A stretch of 64,000 bases of DNA from Lingula anatina (Eukaryota; Animalia; Brachiopoda). The number at the start of each line of letters is the position of its first letter. Positions within the stretch are counted from its first letter, which is position 1. The notes beneath the pieces are model-generated. The model searched no databases. It was not told the origin of the DNA and was given only the letters and a program-made list of their open reading frames with translations. Of the stretch, positions 1-12,857 are shown piece after piece. The stretch lies in assembly GCA_051362555.1 (NCBI GenBank), contig CM120643.1, positions 4,836,001 through 4,900,000 of the forward strand, read 5' to 3'. The position numbers and the translations under genes were made by a program.

Positions 1-1179
1 TCAATATGAAGCTCACATTTCAAAAACACAATTTGCCCAAATTATGCTAGAAGGAATGTGCTGGCTGTCTCAAAAAGTTGCTAGTCATTTTAAGTAGAGA
101 TCTGTATAGTAGGTCTCCTTTGACCCAAGGTAGTGCTGGGGCAGCCACTAGTAGTCAACACTGGCCTAAGACGTGAGACATAGCTTACTGTTCTTGCCAC
201 AAAACTGGTTCAGTATCCTGATTTCAGGTGATTACCACAGCATGATTTATCTTTGATATTAAAGATAGGACCATCTTTGAACCCAAGATATTTTGAAAAA
301 TGTTTCTCAGAAAGCCAGTTTGAGGTCACTGATTCTGTACTAAGATAACACTGGGGAGTTTCACGATGTCATCTCACATCTCACACTCAGGGTGTGAGAA
401 CCTTATTCTGCCTCATTTTCTTTCAAAATGGCAGTTTTCATAAACTGACAGAATTATGAAATGTCTGTTGATAAAAAGAATTGGAAGCAAGAAGACATCA
501 GGCTGTCTGTAGATCCCCTTAGAAAAAAAGAAATTAAGTCTGTTACACCAAAATCTCCAGAATGTGGAAAAAATGGGGTTAAAGGAATATCTTATTGTGT
601 TGATGTTATTATGGTTTTCAACTCACAGTCATGTTTATTAAGTTTAGTTATACAGAAAGTGCAGAGGTTATTTATCACTAATCAGTTTACAAGTAATTCG
701 AGGCTCGGCTTTGTGTATCAGATTTTCACCAGTTATTGTGAGTTGGCAGAAAAAAAGGATTTATAAATGAACTTTTTAAATTTTCACCCATTGATAAGGA
801 CATTTGCCATTGTAAAAAAAAAAAACCATGAATCACTTGGAATTATTTTGAATGTAAGAAAATGGTTTCAAAGTATGTTATCTCCCATCTGCTGGTCAAA
901 GTCGGTGAGTTGGAAAGTAGCATGGCAGACAGAAAGGTAATTGATAGAGTTATACTAACAAATCAATTCATCCAAAATTTACATTATATGAAGGTAACAA
1001 CTAATTTTAGGTACTGGATGGAGATGGCAGGAAATGAAGTGCTTCAGACATGCTGAAAACTTTTCAGAATGGCCGGACATCTGGACTGGCAGTAATGAAA
1101 AATTTGCCGTCTTCAAACTGATGAGTACATATACGTAAGATACAGGTCAAGTTCAAAAATCAGCTTGATTGGACCATTT

Positions 1180-1601
1180 TTACCTCCGCCAAGGAGGTTA
1201 TGTTTTCACCCCTGTTTGTCTGTCTGTCTGTTTGTCATCAACATAACTCAAAAAGTTATGGATGAATTTCGATGGAATTTTCAGGGTAGGTCAGAAATTG
1301 GTTAACTTAGAAGTGATTAGTTTTTAGTGGTGATCTGGATCAAAAATCAATCAATAATCATAAATCAAAAAACTAAGTTATGGACCGATTTTGATGAAAT
1401 TTTCAGGAACTACCAGAAGTGGGCCAAGGAACAGATGATTAGTTTTTGGTGGTGTTCTGGATCAATAATCAATCAGTAACCAATCAGTAATCAAAAATAA
1501 AAAACTAAATAATTATAGAATGAAAATTTAGGGCTGAAACAGCATTGGGTGGAGATTTTGTTGCCTTGGCGGAGGTCTGCGCTCTCGGAGTGCTTTTCTA
1601 G
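1180..1601 (+). mobile_element. Short Helentron-type non-autonomous element (family H3); degraded second copy at ~29480-29700
   Basis: 5' ACCTCCGCCAAGGAGGT is followed by (TGTC)n. The 3' end has the inverted CCTTGGCGGAGGT, a hairpin GCGCTC-TCG-GAGTGC and a CTAG end. Inserted in a T run of an H2 repeat with no TSD. Confidence 0.75.
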
Positions 1602-1844
1602 TTACAAAAGTAAGTTATGCTTTTTTTTTTTTTGCATATTTTATCCACTGTTATACAGATAACATGAAAACCATGTCATATTTTGCTTTTAATCTTGTAG
1701 GACTAATTCATAGGTTTAATATACAGATCAAATTGGAAAATAAGCTTGATTGGTTCAGTTTTGGTGAAGTTATGCCTATTTTTGTATATAAGTGGTTTTA
1801 CCTCAGATTCAATTCTTAAGCATATTAACAATCGCTGGCAGTAC

Positions 1845-4192
1845 ACATGGTTTTAGTCCTGCTTCTCCTCCTAGACCACAAGGGCCTGCGTACCCATCTC
1901 TTGGATTTAGGTCACCTATAATCTCAACTCGCTCCACGTAAATTTTGGGCTTTGTCGGTGCTGGGGTCTACGTGTGGCATTCTTTGCAATGCACCATTGG
2001 CAAAATTAAATGCTAATTATCTACCATACCGAAGGAATTATGGGAAAAGTCATATGTGGAGATTTCAAATATGCCCTTGGATTTGACCTTTGACCTTTAT
2101 TTCAAGGTCAAACGGGCCAAAATTTAAAAAAAAAAACGAAATTTTTTACGAAAAAAAAATTATTTGCGCTAATATTCAGAAACTAAGTAGACCTAACTTA
2201 TAATGTTATTGGCAGGTATTACCCTTCAGGTCATCTTTCATGTCCGTGAGTTTGGGGTCAATCGGTATATTTTCACGGGAGTAGCAGCCATAAGATACCG
2301 AAACTGAAAACTGTCTCTAATTCGGGAACCGTTAATGCTAGAGACCTATTCTTTTTTGCATTTTGTAGAGCATGTCAAGCCCAATACTGGAAGTTGTCTC
2401 CGTTTTTTTTTATTTCCATACGGTTAACGAGTTATGCTGTATCAAAAAGTACATTGTGGTGGTGAAAGCAAAATATACAATACGGTAATGTGTTATAAAT
2501 TTTGAACCTCTGGAAAATAAAACATAAGGCTTGGCATTGCAGACAACTTCTGGTCAAAAATGACATTATTTCATGAAATTTGAACATCTGGAACTTCTGA
2601 GCACCTCAAATTTCAAGAATTTTAACCAAAATGACATTTTCTCTATTTCAATTAATTTCTTTTGTAGGAAATTTATGGCACATTATTGTAATTCCAAAAT
2701 TAACATTTATTCCCTTCTATCTCCAAAACTGGCAGAGATATGTCCATAGTTACTATTGAAGTTGAATATGAAGTCATATACTCGCAATTTAACTTGAAAT
2801 TGACCTTTGACCTACTTTTCACCATGAACTGAACTTTGCAACTTTTCAGTGCTTATACTTTCAAAACTTCCAAAGATACCCCATAATTACTATTAAATTC
2901 GAACAGGAAGTCATATATTGGCAATCTAACTGTGACCTTAAATTGACCTTTGCCCTACTTTTCACCATGAACTGAACTTTGCAAATTTTCGTTCCCTTTT
3001 ATCTCCAAAACGGGCAGAGATAGATCCATAGTTACTATTGAACTTGAACAGGAAGTCATATATTGGCAATCTAACTGTGACCTTAATTTTGACCTTTGAC
3101 TTGCTTTTCACCATGAACTGAACTTTGCAACTTTTCAGTGCTTATACTTTCAAAACTTCCAAAGATACCCCATAATTACTTTTAAATTAGAACAGGAAGT
3201 CATATATTGGCAATCTAACTGTGACCTTAAATTGACCTTTGACTTACTTTTCACCATGAACTGAACTTTGCAAATTTTCCTTCCCTTCTATCTCCAAAAC
3301 TGGCAGAGATAGGTCCATAGTTACTATTGAAGTTGAATAGGAAGTCATATACTGGTAATCTTACTGTGACCTTGAAATTGACCTTTGACCTTTTTTCATG
3401 ATAAACTGTACTTTGCAAAATTTTGATCTTTATATCTCAAAAACTGGCAAAGATATGCACATAGTTACTATTGAACTTGAATAGGAAGTCATATACTGGC
3501 AATCTAACTGTGACCCTGAAATTAACCTTTGACGTAATTTTCACCATGAACTGATCTTTGCAAATTTTCTATCCCTTATAGCTCAAAAGCTGGCAGAGAT
3601 ACACCCAAAGTTGCTGTTGAACTGGAATAGGAAGTCATACACTGGCTATCTAACTGTGACCTTGAAATCGACCTTTAACCTACTTTTTATGATGAACTGC
3701 TTTTGCACGTTTTCTGGCCTTAAATCTCCAAAATTGGCAAAGAAATGCCCATGGTTACTATTGAACTTAAATAGGAAGTCATATACTGTGACATTGAAAT
3801 TGAACTTTGACCTACCTTTTCACCATGAACTAAGCTTTGCATATTTTCTTGCCCCTCATATCTTCAAAACTAGCAGAGATATGCCCCAAGTTTTTTTCTT
3901 TTGTCAGCATAAATGCAACACTGTCAACACATTTCAAGGAAAACCAATAAGGACATTGTCTAGAGAATCACAGGAGTGATCAATGTTAGGAAAATACAGG
4001 TCAATTTGAAAATCAGCTTGATTGTACCATTTTTAGTTAAATTTTTTTGCATATTTTGAGAACTCTTGTTGATTGCATTTTATAGAGCTTGTCAAGCACA
4101 AGACTGGTAGTGGTTTCCCTTTTTTGGGGGGTATATCCGGACAATATCCAGGTACAATATCCGGAGGCGGTATCGCCACTCTGATCCTCTAG
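1845..4192 (+). mobile_element. Helentron-type non-autonomous element, family H1, with ~145-bp internal tandem array (2720-3890)
   Basis: Close match to 33408-35886. The 3' end is a hairpin (GAGGCGGTATCGCC.CTC) plus TGATCCTCTAGtt. Array markers at 2881/3026/3170/3315/3459 give a 144-145 bp period. Confidence 0.8.
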
Positions 4193-4339
4193 TTTTTTTT
4201 CTGCTTTTCGTCTGTAAATTTTACTTACAGCTTTGCTGCCCTTTTTGTGTTAAAAGAAAGTACTAGTAAATTATCTTACTAGTAGGCATTTGGCAAGACT
4301 TCATATTACGGGTTAGAGTGAGACATCTAGAACTTATCA

Positions 4340-4605
4340 GCGCATTCAGAAGAAGAACTAACAGATCCGTGCATCAAAAATGGTGGAACCACTTAAAAGC
4401 AAGCAGCCTAATACCCTGATGGTCTCCCTGCCTCCATCTTTGCAGGGGTCTAGCAATAACGTCTCAGAGCCAAGAATTAATTCGTTTAATAGCATGTGTG
4501 GAGACGGGTAGACAGTTAAGGGATTAGCCAGCTTGCTTTTAAGTGGGATCAGCCATATTTAGTCCAAGGAATAGGATCAGTTAATCATCTGTTCTGAATG
4601 TGCTC
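4340..4605. mobile_element. Old palindromic MITE (Harbinger-like); relative at 62221-62511
   Basis: Ends GCGCATTCAGAA / TTCTGAATGTGC with inner inverted segments (cacttaaaagcaagc / gcttgcttttaagtg). TSD is eroded. Confidence 0.55.
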
Positions 4606-5039
4606 TTTAATGTTGGTGCACAAGCATCAAAACATCTTTGAACAGGAAAAGGAAATCTGAAGAGAATAGAAAGGGTCATTGTTAATTTCAAACTGAGGGA
4701 GATTAAAGAAGTGGATATTGATTGAGCAGGGATAACTTAGCCATTAGTGCTCTTATCTAAGCTTAACATTACCTCATAGGAATTTAATTATCTTTAGAAT
4801 GGAATATAGTAAGGGAACATCTCAACAGCTCCAATGCTTTTCCAAATTTAAGTGTTCTTAAACAACTGCAATTCCATCTGCATGTCTAAACTGTGTTTCT
4901 CAGTGTAGAGAAAAATTGTACATCTGTGAAAAAAAGAATATGTTCTTTCCTTAACAGATGCCTTCTAAATATCAGAGCAAAATAGGACCTGCCCGAGCAA
5001 AATAGCAAGTCCTCTAAAAGCATAAGTACCCCAAGGTAA

Positions 5040-5535
5040 GGCTCCGTTCACATGGAAAGTCTATTTTCTAAAAATCTAAAAATCTATTTTCGGTATCTTG
5101 TGATCACAGTCTGTGCCCTGGATACCCCGCGGTGTAATTACTGGCAGCGCGAGCGAGTTACTTCCAAAGCTGTAATTAATTCTTGGCTGCGCTCGGAGGA
5201 GATTCTGATACCTTGACGCATGCGCAGTAGGAAATTAGAAAATAAATGGCGGTCGCGGTTGCTTTGAAAAATGTGTTTGTCGATTTTGTGCAACAACCAC
5301 TAGCCATATTATGCGTCTGTATGCTTGAGTCGTCACAACTAAACTGATGAACTCCACAGCTTAGAGATACTACTGCGCATGCGTTAAGGTATCAGAATCT
5401 CCTCCGAGCGCAGCCAAGAATTAATTACAGCCAGTAATTACGCTGCGGGGTATCCAGGGCACAGACCGTGATCATAAGATACCGAAAATAGATTTTTAGA
5501 TTTTTAGAAAATAGACTTTCCATGTGAACAGAGCC
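5040..5535. mobile_element. PIF/Harbinger-type MITE with long TIRs
   Basis: TAA-GGCTCCGTTCACATGG ... CCATGTGAACAGAGCC-TAA, a 3-bp TAA TSD. Same family as 46406-46663. Confidence 0.85.
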
Positions 5536-6144
5536 TAAAATTAGTACCCAAGCACAGCATTGGGCCATATGTCTGTTGCCTTGTTCTTGCAGCTTTATTT
5601 TTTTCAACCCAGGACTTATTTTAAATGGCAGGAGGTATGAGAAACAGCATGTTAGAGCTTTAGGTGTTTCCTAGTTGTAAAAAGTGATATTTTCTCCTCT
5701 TTCTACATCCTTGACAAAAGAAAAAGGGTTTTTGACATCTATGCCAAAGCCCAATAAAGTGGTTAGAGTGTTATCCTTTGTCATATATAAATATACTTTC
5801 TCTTAAAAAATAAACAAAGAATATGTACAAAATCCCAATACTAACCAAACTAATGTCATTCGTATATTCGATTGTCCACGCTGCTTATTAATACAGCAGC
5901 AGTGGTCTCTTGACAAGCTCTGGTTCATATGGAACATACCAAATAGGTAGATAATCAGATTTACCGTTTGTGGGTTGTAAGGCTATGATTGTGGCTACAA
6001 ATTTTATATTGGGGTTTCTTAAATCATGGCTCGAGTTGTTAATATGGGCATTTGTGCTCAAAAATCTGCTGAGGCCCAGTTTTGCAAATGCCTTATCTGT
6101 TTACTAGGCCTGACAGTAACGAATCAAAACTGTGTTCTTTATTA

Positions 6145-7177
6145 CCATGGCCCATAGGAGCCTACGCGTGCGTCTTTTAGACGCCCCTTTACATGCGAAA
6201 ACGACAAGGCCTATGCCGAGTTCGTCTTTTACTACAGAGCTTTGAGAGCCGAAAATGACATGGCTGTGTCTCTTTCGCCACTTACTGAACTCCACAGATG
6301 CGAGATTGACTCGACCCATGTCGCGTTCGTCTCTCAAATGACACTGTTATAAAACATGAAATAGGCATAACGTGTGATTTTCGCAGCTGAATAAGTAGAC
6401 CCTTATAACGAAGTTGACGTAACTTGAGAGTCATGTCGCTCAACTCTTACAAACCTCCAACAAAATCTATCTCCACACAGACGCGCGCGACATGTACTAT
6501 TGGACATGGGTCAGTTGAAACCCTATTAACCTAAAGGGCTCATGTTACTTTCAGCCAACTCTTATATGTCAAATCCAATTAATTTGAAACAGTGTTGTGC
6601 TGTCCCAAAACATTTTTTTTCATTTGAATCCCATCATAATTTAGTGCTATCTAGATAGCAGTGTGGCTAATTGCTTGTAATAATTATATGGCCTCATATT
6701 TTTATTTTCAAGGATTCAAATATAAAGGGTTTTAAGACGGTCCTTCTGTTTCAAATTAATTGGCTGAAAGTAACATGAGCCATTTAGGTTAATGTCGCTT
6801 TCAACTGACCCATGTCCAATAGTACATGTCGCGCGCGTCTGTGTGGAGATAGATTTTGTTGGAGGTTTGTAAAAGTTGAAAGCGACATGACTCTAAGGTC
6901 ACGTCAACTTCGTTTATAAGGGTCTACTTATTCAGCTGCGAAAATCACACGTAATGTCTATTTCATGTTTTATAACAGTGTCTTTTGAGAGACAAACGCG
7001 ACATGGGTCGTGTCAATCTCGCATCTCTGGAGTTCAGTAAGTGGCGAAAGAGACACAGCCATGCCATTTTCGGCTCTCAAAGCTCTGTAGTAAAAGACGA
7101 ACTCGGCATAAGCCTTGTCGTTTTCGCATGTAAATGGGCGTCTAAAAGACGCACGCGTAGGCTCCTATGGGCCATGG
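6145..7177. mobile_element. 1.03-kb foldback DNA transposon, TA-flanked
   Basis: TA-CCATGGCCCATAGGAGCC ... GGCTCCTATGGGCCATGG-TA. Arms of ~410 bp (6145-6557 / 6762-7177) plus an inner inverted pair. Confidence 0.88.
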
Positions 7178-8623
7178 TACTTTATAAAACAAACACATTC
7201 ATGTGTGCATGCACACACATAGTGGGATATACTTATATACTAGAAATGTTAAGTATAATGTGTTGGTGTTCATTTCTGTAGAGTGGAAATAGCACATCAT
7301 TGGATTATGTGCCCAGCAGTCTCTATGGAGAGTTGAGAGGGCTAAAAGATATATAAATATTATGAAATGAGCTGATGCCAAAAACCGGGGGGATTTGTAT
7401 GATTTTAACATATAACTTTTACAGTAAAAGATAATAAAGATGCCACCAATGGTCTCCATTATGTCAGAAATGGGTTCCTTGTCACTTAATTTCTTATCAT
7501 CTTTGAGCCATGCATCCTCTACCATCTTTCTCTATCTTGACTCCAAGTTTACCACCCCAGTTCCTTCACTTTGGCTTCGGCATTTCTTCTCCATGTTGTT
7601 GGTGTAAGGCAACCCGTCTTTCTCTCTCCCTCTGGTCCCATGCTTATGTTCTGCTGTTCCAAACCCTAACTGTAACACTTCATGATGTAATTGATATAGT
7701 AGCTGTAATGAAGACATTCAGCACAAGCTACAGAGTAAGATTGTTCACATCCAGGCTCAGTACTATCAAACTGTTCATGGTGGAGGGGATATGACCCTGA
7801 TGACCATTTTCTTGTCCCCTTTTAGTGAGATATGCTAATCACATTTCTAGGCAAAAAGAAAAAGGAAAGAAATGAAACGGAAATTTGAAACATCATATTT
7901 GCATAATGTAAGCTTATTACTAGTAAGCTAATGTCTGCATGGATAGAAATTGTGGCTGTGAATTTTTTTCTTTCGGCCCAAGGAACATGTATTCCTCAGC
8001 CTAATTTGTACCACAAAATGCACCATTTACCTCTCCAACCAGCCTGATGAAATACGAAGCCCACACTGGGATAGCCTAAATGTTTAAAGGTCATATAAAA
8101 CTTAATAAGTTACAATCTAAATATATGACTCTTCTGTATAATTTTGTTTCCAGGTCAGATGTAATCATGAGGTTAGAGGTCACCATGGAAGTAGTAGGAT
8201 CTGAGCGGCCAGTGCATTGTTGGTCAGTAGACGGGGCATGTTTGGCAGTGATGAGGGAGTGGTCAATGTGGACAGTGTAAGATAACTGATATTTAAGCAA
8301 GGTAACTTTTAAAGGCAGTGACAAGGTTAAATGTAGACTGTTATTTGGCAAATGTACTATGGTAAACACAGTAGAGCCAGGTTTCAAGGTTGTATGTTAG
8401 TATACTAGTATATGAAGTGAAATGGCCTCTTTGTGTAACATTTCCTTGTCAGTCTAATGAAATGTCAGGCACATGAGTTTTGTCATAAACAAAATAACGG
8501 GAGGTCTCCTTGGTTAAGACTTCATTGAAAACCTGAGAATTGCTACAAATACCTTTGCATAAATACACAGTGCTCATTTATTACAAGGCAACTTCAGTAA
8601 TTACTCTATTTTTGCAATGGGCA

Positions 8624-9540
8624 AACAAGGCAGCAAAGCTGTCAAATGTACAGACAAAAAGCAGGAAATAACAAAATAGGCTACTGTCAATTCTGATGCA
8701 AAAGTACATTATGTTAAACTGCAAATTCAACATCAAATTTTAATTATGCTCAACAGGTAATACCAATGTAAGTAAAATGTATAACAAGCGTAGGGCTTCA
8801 GGCCCATGGGAGTTCACGTTCACACTTTGAAAATGTATAACTTCCAGAAAAAGAAGCCAATTAGACTGCCTTTTAAACTCAGGCTGCATTTTAGTCCTGT
8901 ATTTCTTTTTTGAATGTTTGGCAATCATAAGTAACATGGTTTTCCCATAATGGTCATCATGGCAGCAGCACCCAAAATTGTGTATTCTTCTATTCTGATG
9001 CAATATTACATAATGGTTAACGTCAAATGTTAATAATAAAATATACGTCTCATGGATTTTCAGAAAATGTGACTAGCATGGGTCTTCAAGCCTGTGGAAC
9101 TTCAAAGTCACACCTTGAAAATGCCAATATGTGAAAAAATTAAATTTTCACAAAAAAACTGTTTAACTGGCAGAAAGAACTACAGACTGCATTGCCTACT
9201 GAAGCTGTATTTTAGTCCCATGCTTCTTCCCTGTAAGTTTGAGAACAGTAAATGGTTTTTCTTAAATGGTCATGATGGGAGCAGTGCCCAAAATAGGTTT
9301 TTTTTCAAATTTTGGTGCAATATTACATAACTTTTAACAGCATAATGACCATCAATTTTTAATAATAAAATATTAGTATCATGGATATTCAGAAAATGTG
9401 ACTAGCAAAGGTCTTCAGGCCCATGGAACTTCAAAGTCACAACTTGAAAATGCCAAAATGTAAACAAGACAGCACTGTTCTGAAATGGTTTTTTCCATTT
9501 TTAACAATTTTTAACATAAAACAAAATTAACAGTTTACTG
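8624..9540 (-). mobile_element. H2 family Helentron-type element, 3' portion
   Basis: Starts with AACAAGGCAGCAAAGCTGTCAAATGTACAGACA, the reverse complement of the H2 3' end. Collinear with 16245-17450. Confidence 0.75.
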
Positions 9541-9544
9541 CCAT

Positions 9545-12509
9545 TTTTATGTACAGACACAGATGTGTCTGTACATATAGCCATCACCTGCGTCTGTCGT
9601 CGCCGTCGCTGTCGTTGCCGTCGTCGCCGTCGCCGTGCACTTTTACCGATAACACGATAAGTGGAAAACCGTTTTTTCTTTTGGCTTGAAAGTTACAGAA
9701 CTGATGCATATTCATAATAAGCAGGTCAAGTTCGAAAATCAGCATGATCGGGCCATTTTTGGGGAATTTATGCTGTTTTTTCACTTTTTTCAGCATTTAT
9801 GTAGCACCGATAACACGATAAGTGGAAAACCGTTTTACCTTTTGACTTGAAACTTACAGAACTGATGAATATTCATAATACGCAGGTCAAGTTCGAATAT
9901 CAGCATGATCGGGCCATTAATATGGAAGTAATGCAGTTTTTTCACTTTTTTCAACATTTATGCAACACCAATAACACAATTTTTGAAAAACCGTTTTACC
10001 TTTTGGCTTGAAACTTACAGAACTGATAAATATTCTTAATACGCAGGTCAAGTTCGAAAATCAGCATGATCAGGCCATTTATATTGAAGTTATGCAGTTT
10101 TTTCACTTTTTTCAGCATTTATACAACACCGATAACACAATATTTGAAAAACCGCTTTACTTTTTGGCTTGAAACTTACAGAACTGATGAATATCTATAA
10201 TACGCAAGTCAAGTTCGAAAATTGGCATGATCAGAGCATTTTTATAGAAGTTTTGCTTTTTTTTTCACTTTTTTTCAGCATATATGCAACACCTATAACA
10301 CATTTTAAGGAAAATCGATTGGCCAATTGTCTTGAAATTCACAGTAGTGATCAATGTTACTGAAATACAGATTAAGTTTTGAAAATAAGCTTGATCAGTA
10401 AAGGTTTGGTGAAGTTATGCCTTTTTTTGTATATAAGTGTTTTTTTCCTCAAATTTAATTCTCAGGCATGCTAACAGTCTCATATTTGAACTAATTAGAT
10501 ATGTTAAGTTGTTCTTTTGACATTTTCTGCATCTTAACAACATTGTTAGTTGATTATAAAAAAATGATGGTAAACCTGATATTGTGTATTGTTTAATAAG
10601 TGTCAAAAATGGAAAAAAAACATATCTTTACAGTTTGTCAGATTCAACCATTCACTATGTTCAGAATTTCAGAATGGAGCAAGTTGGACATTAATAATTG
10701 TTCTATTGATATTTTTGCTTTGACAACATATTTTTGATTGATCATATAAAAATGACAGTAAATTGATTATTTTGCTTTATGTAAAAAAGGTGTTGAAAAT
10801 GGAAGTAAACTCTTTCAATACAGTTTTCTCTTGTTTACATTTTGGGATTTTCAAAGTATGACTCTGAACTCTATAGGCTAGTCACATTTTCTGAATATCC
10901 ATGATACTTTTATTTTATTATTAAAAAATTTATGGTTATTATGCTGTTAAGCATTGTGTAATATTGCATCAAAATTGAACAAAACCCTATTCTGGGCACT
11001 GCCTCCGTAGTGGCGGTGAAAGGATAACCATGTCACTTGCTCTTCTCACACTTACAGGAAAGAAACATAGGACTGAAATACAGCTTCAGTTGAAAAATTG
11101 TCTCATTAGTTAATTGTTTGGAAGTAATACAGGTTTTTTGTGAAAATTTTTATCTTTCACATGTTGCAATTTTCAATGTGGGACTTAGAGCTCCCTTGGG
11201 CATGAAGCTCAGTGGTAATCAAATTTTCTTAATGTCCATGTTTTTAATAGTAGATATTTTAAAATTGGTGGTATTTAATTAGTTAATCATTATGTAATGT
11301 TGCATCAAAATTGACAAAAAACCTACTTTGTGCTCTGCCACCATTAATATTATGTAAAGTAAAGTGTTACTTTCTATTTTTTTAACTATTCTTACAAAAA
11401 TGATTCTTAGGATTGACATACAGCTCATATTAGAGAACCAGCTCTATTGGATTATCATTTTTATTAAATTTATGAATTTTTTGTGAAATTTTCATTTTTC
11501 TCACTCTGGCACTTTCTAATTGTAAACTTGAACTCTGATGGGCCTGGAGCCTTATGCTTTTACTTTCATCAGTGTAACCTGTACGTTGTGCATAATTAAA
11601 ATTTGATGTTGACTGTGCAGTTAAACATAATGTATTATTGCATCAGAATTGGCAGTCTCCTGTTTTATTTTGTACATTATTGTTTTCTGCTTTTCTTAAG
11701 GTGTGCCTTATGGGCCTGAAGACCTTTGATAGACAAATTTGTGTGGTCAGTCTGTAAATTCCCCTTGGGTATTCACTAGGCTAATTTCAGTGCTATAAAC
11801 TCATTTGCCTAATTAAGCGGCCATTAAGTGAAATTTCATAAAGCACACTTGTTGATATTTCCCTGTAAACTCCCAAAGGTTAAGCTCTCTGCTAGATAAC
11901 ATAGTGTCCATAATAAGGAAGCAGTGAATAGCAGCTTCATTGGAATTATATTTTTGTTGTTTTCTTTTTAATTTTTTCTCCAACACTGGCATTTTTACCT
12001 CCCATCCACCTGAGGCTCTGCACATTTTCAGTATTTCCACATAAGCAGTTGTATTGGTATTTGTCTTTAAACACGCTGTAATATTATTTTATGCACTGTC
12101 ATCATTTTTCATATATTGGGACTTTCATCATGTGAATTTTAACTCTCATGGTCCTGAAACTGTAATCTTATTGAAGGGCAATTCTTATTGAAGGGCTGTG
12201 GATTGAGACCATTTTCTGGGTCTCCTGGAAGACAGTCAGATTTTAGAGTTTATATTTACGGGTTTCTGTTGGAAGACCATCAAAATGGAGGATGGATCAA
12301 CAAAGATACTTTGGAATACTGTCAGAAAATATCTCTGGATCTGCTCCTGTTATTGACCATGTTACCTGTTGTGCATGATTAAAAATCAGTGTTGACTGAC
12401 TGTGCTATTATAAGCATATATTATTGCATCAAAATTGACAAAATGACCTATTTTGCATCTTTTTTTTTCTGTTTTTTGTCTGTACATTTGACAGCTTTGC
12501 TGCCTTGTC
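9545..12509 (+). mobile_element. H2 family Helentron-type element with (GTC)n-like tract and 161-bp tandem array (9645-10400)
   Basis: 5' hairpin ATGTACAGACAC-AGAT-GTGTCTGTACAT. Repeat starts at 9645/9806/9967/10128/10291. 3' end TGTCTGTACATTTGACAGCTTTGCTGCCTTGT. Confidence 0.82.
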
Positions 12510-12857
12510 ATATAATCAACTAAGAAAATTGATGAGATGGGAAAAATATCAATAGAGCAGTGTTAAATGTCCAATTTCTTCCATTCTGAGATTCTGAACA
12601 TAATGAATGATTGAATCTGACAAACTGCAATGATATGAGTTTATTTCCATTTTTGAAACTTTATTACACAATACATGATAACAACTTTACCATCATTTTT
12701 ACAAAATCAACTAACAATGTTGTAAAGATGCAGGAAATGTCAAACAAACACTTTTACATATCTTATTAATAAAATAATGAAACTGTTAACATGCCTAAGA
12801 ATTGAATCTGAGGAAATGTGAAAAAACAGCATAACTTCTAAAATAATGGCCCGATTA

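Noticed and set aside
1-1100. Short ORFs and splice-like signals at the window start
   Set aside because: There is no sustained frame or recognisable motif, so a feature cannot be supported.
2720-3890. CRISPR-like appearance of the regular 145/161-bp arrays
   Set aside because: Whole units are repeated with no unique spacers, the context is eukaryotic, and there are no cas genes.
6104-7281. Paired similar ORFs (77 aa and 98 aa)
   Set aside because: They are mirror translations of the foldback arms, with no protein features.
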